Part shown: piece by piece, positions 62,698 through 64,000 of the stretch
How positions within the stretch are numbered: the stretch's first letter is position 1
Layout of the letters: every line of letters begins with the position of its first letter
Assembly (NCBI GenBank): GCA_002269645.1
Contig: NIVC01003777.1
Coordinates: forward strand, 1-64,000
Length of the DNA stretch: 64,000 nt
Origin: Macrostomum lignano
Lineage: Eukaryota
Direction: 5' to 3'
Notes under the pieces: generated by a model
Seen by the model: the letters and a program-made list of their open reading frames with translations, nothing else
Told to the model about the DNA's origin: nothing
The model's database searches: none
Position numbers and translations under genes: made by a program

Positions 62698-64000
62698 ATA
62701 CAGGCGTTTAAAGACAGGGTTTAGGGCCAGGTTTTTTATTGACAGGGATTTTAGGGCCAGGGGTGAAGGGCGAAGGGTTTAGGGACAGTGGTTTAGGGGG
62801 AGGTCGTAAGTGGCAAGGGTTTTAAGACTAGGATTAACGGGGCTAAATGAAAGGAATTAAGAATTAGTGGGGTTTATGGAGTGGGGCGCAGACGGTATTA
62901 ATATGAATTGCGGGGTTACGCGTCGTAGGGCTAGACTTTTATGTAATCCACTTGCGAGCTATCTTAACAATGACTTTCAATCTTCAACCGAAACCATTCG
63001 TTGGACTCTGGGAAATTGAGTTTCGAATGAGAATTCTTGACTTTAAACACGTTTTCTCCATAGAGAAAGGCGTGTGAATGCAGCAGGAGTCTTTAGGAGA
63101 TGCAGGAGATGCTAAAGCTTGCAAGCAGGAGAGTTCCGCTTCAAAAACTTTTTGCCGATCGGGTGAGGACCCCAAGGCACAATGCGCCTGGCAATGATCA
63201 ACCAACCATGGTAGAAGGAAAGCAGTGGCACGCAGACAGAAACTAGTGACCCACAGACAGCTGCTGCTTCAATACTGCACATCACGTCAAAGGAAACTCA
63301 ACAAAATGCAGGCTGTGGTGTCTTGATAGACAAACACAGGAAAACCGCGAGTAATTAGGCGGTTTTCCGCAGAAACCGCGAGTAACTTAGGACAACCCGC
63401 GCTTATATTACACATCCAACCACGAATTATTACGCGATCGATAAATTTGGCAACAATAAAATGTATTAATTGTCTGCATCACATTTACGGTGACGCCTAC
63501 TTACAGTAGAGTAGTAAGAAAAATATCCCTTTTAGTTAGTTAGTAAAACGACCCTTTTAAGGGCTCCTTGCCACGACACAACACAGGCAAGAAGAAATTC
63601 AAAGACAGCACCCATGATGAGGCCAAATACAGGGGGAAATATAGGGAAATACTACACAAATTATCTGATTACATTCGTTACACTCGTCATATGAAACTGA
63701 GGAAGACAAATGTGGCAATAACTTTGGCAGTTTTTCTGAGGTAAATCTGCAAGGATGGATATTGAGCTAGGAAGTCCTTTATGTCTTTGTTTTTCCTAAT
63801 TGGTAGACATTCACAACTCCAGCCCTCAGCCGTTTCTATGGCGTGTTATGTAGCTCTTTCACAGCAAGTGTGCGGACGGAAATTCTCACAATAGACAGAG
63901 CTTAAGGGGTTTGACGTAGACTTGACAATGCTTCTTGTGCATTCATACAGGTCTTCCAAACTGCATGTCTTCTTGGCTAGCTGGAAAGAGCCCTTCTCTT

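Overview
Repeat-rich invertebrate nuclear DNA with spliceosomal genes. The composition is reminiscent of a Macrostomum-like flatworm, but that is inference only. Bases 1 to ~10.6k are the right-hand part of an endogenous Polinton/Maverick (adintovirus-like) element, apparently inside an intron of a peptide GPCR gene. It carries a frameshifted protein-primed PolB with an endonuclease VII-type finger, an adenoviral pX-like gene, an intact rve integrase, a parvovirus-type PLA2 gene, a six-palindrome array, an orphan ORF behind an HSE-CCAAT-TATA promoter, and subterminal tandem arrays. The rest holds host genes whose exons were reconstructed by hand: a GPCR 3' exon, Cdc42, a mitochondrial dicarboxylate carrier, a compact PCIF1-like methyltransferase, a CD225-like protein, a VWDE-like protein, a 95-aa secreted six-Cys peptide, a divergent nicotinic-type Cys-loop channel and two C-type lectins. 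Also present are a Gypsy element with a truncated 5' LTR, CORE-type SINEs, several TIR/foldback elements and many mini/microsatellites that often fill introns. The best candidates for novelty are the apparently heat-shock-wired accessory module of the endogenous virus, the peptide gene enclosed by inverted repeats, and the Cys-loop channel lacking ACh-binding residues. All family calls come from motif recognition; no database search was run.
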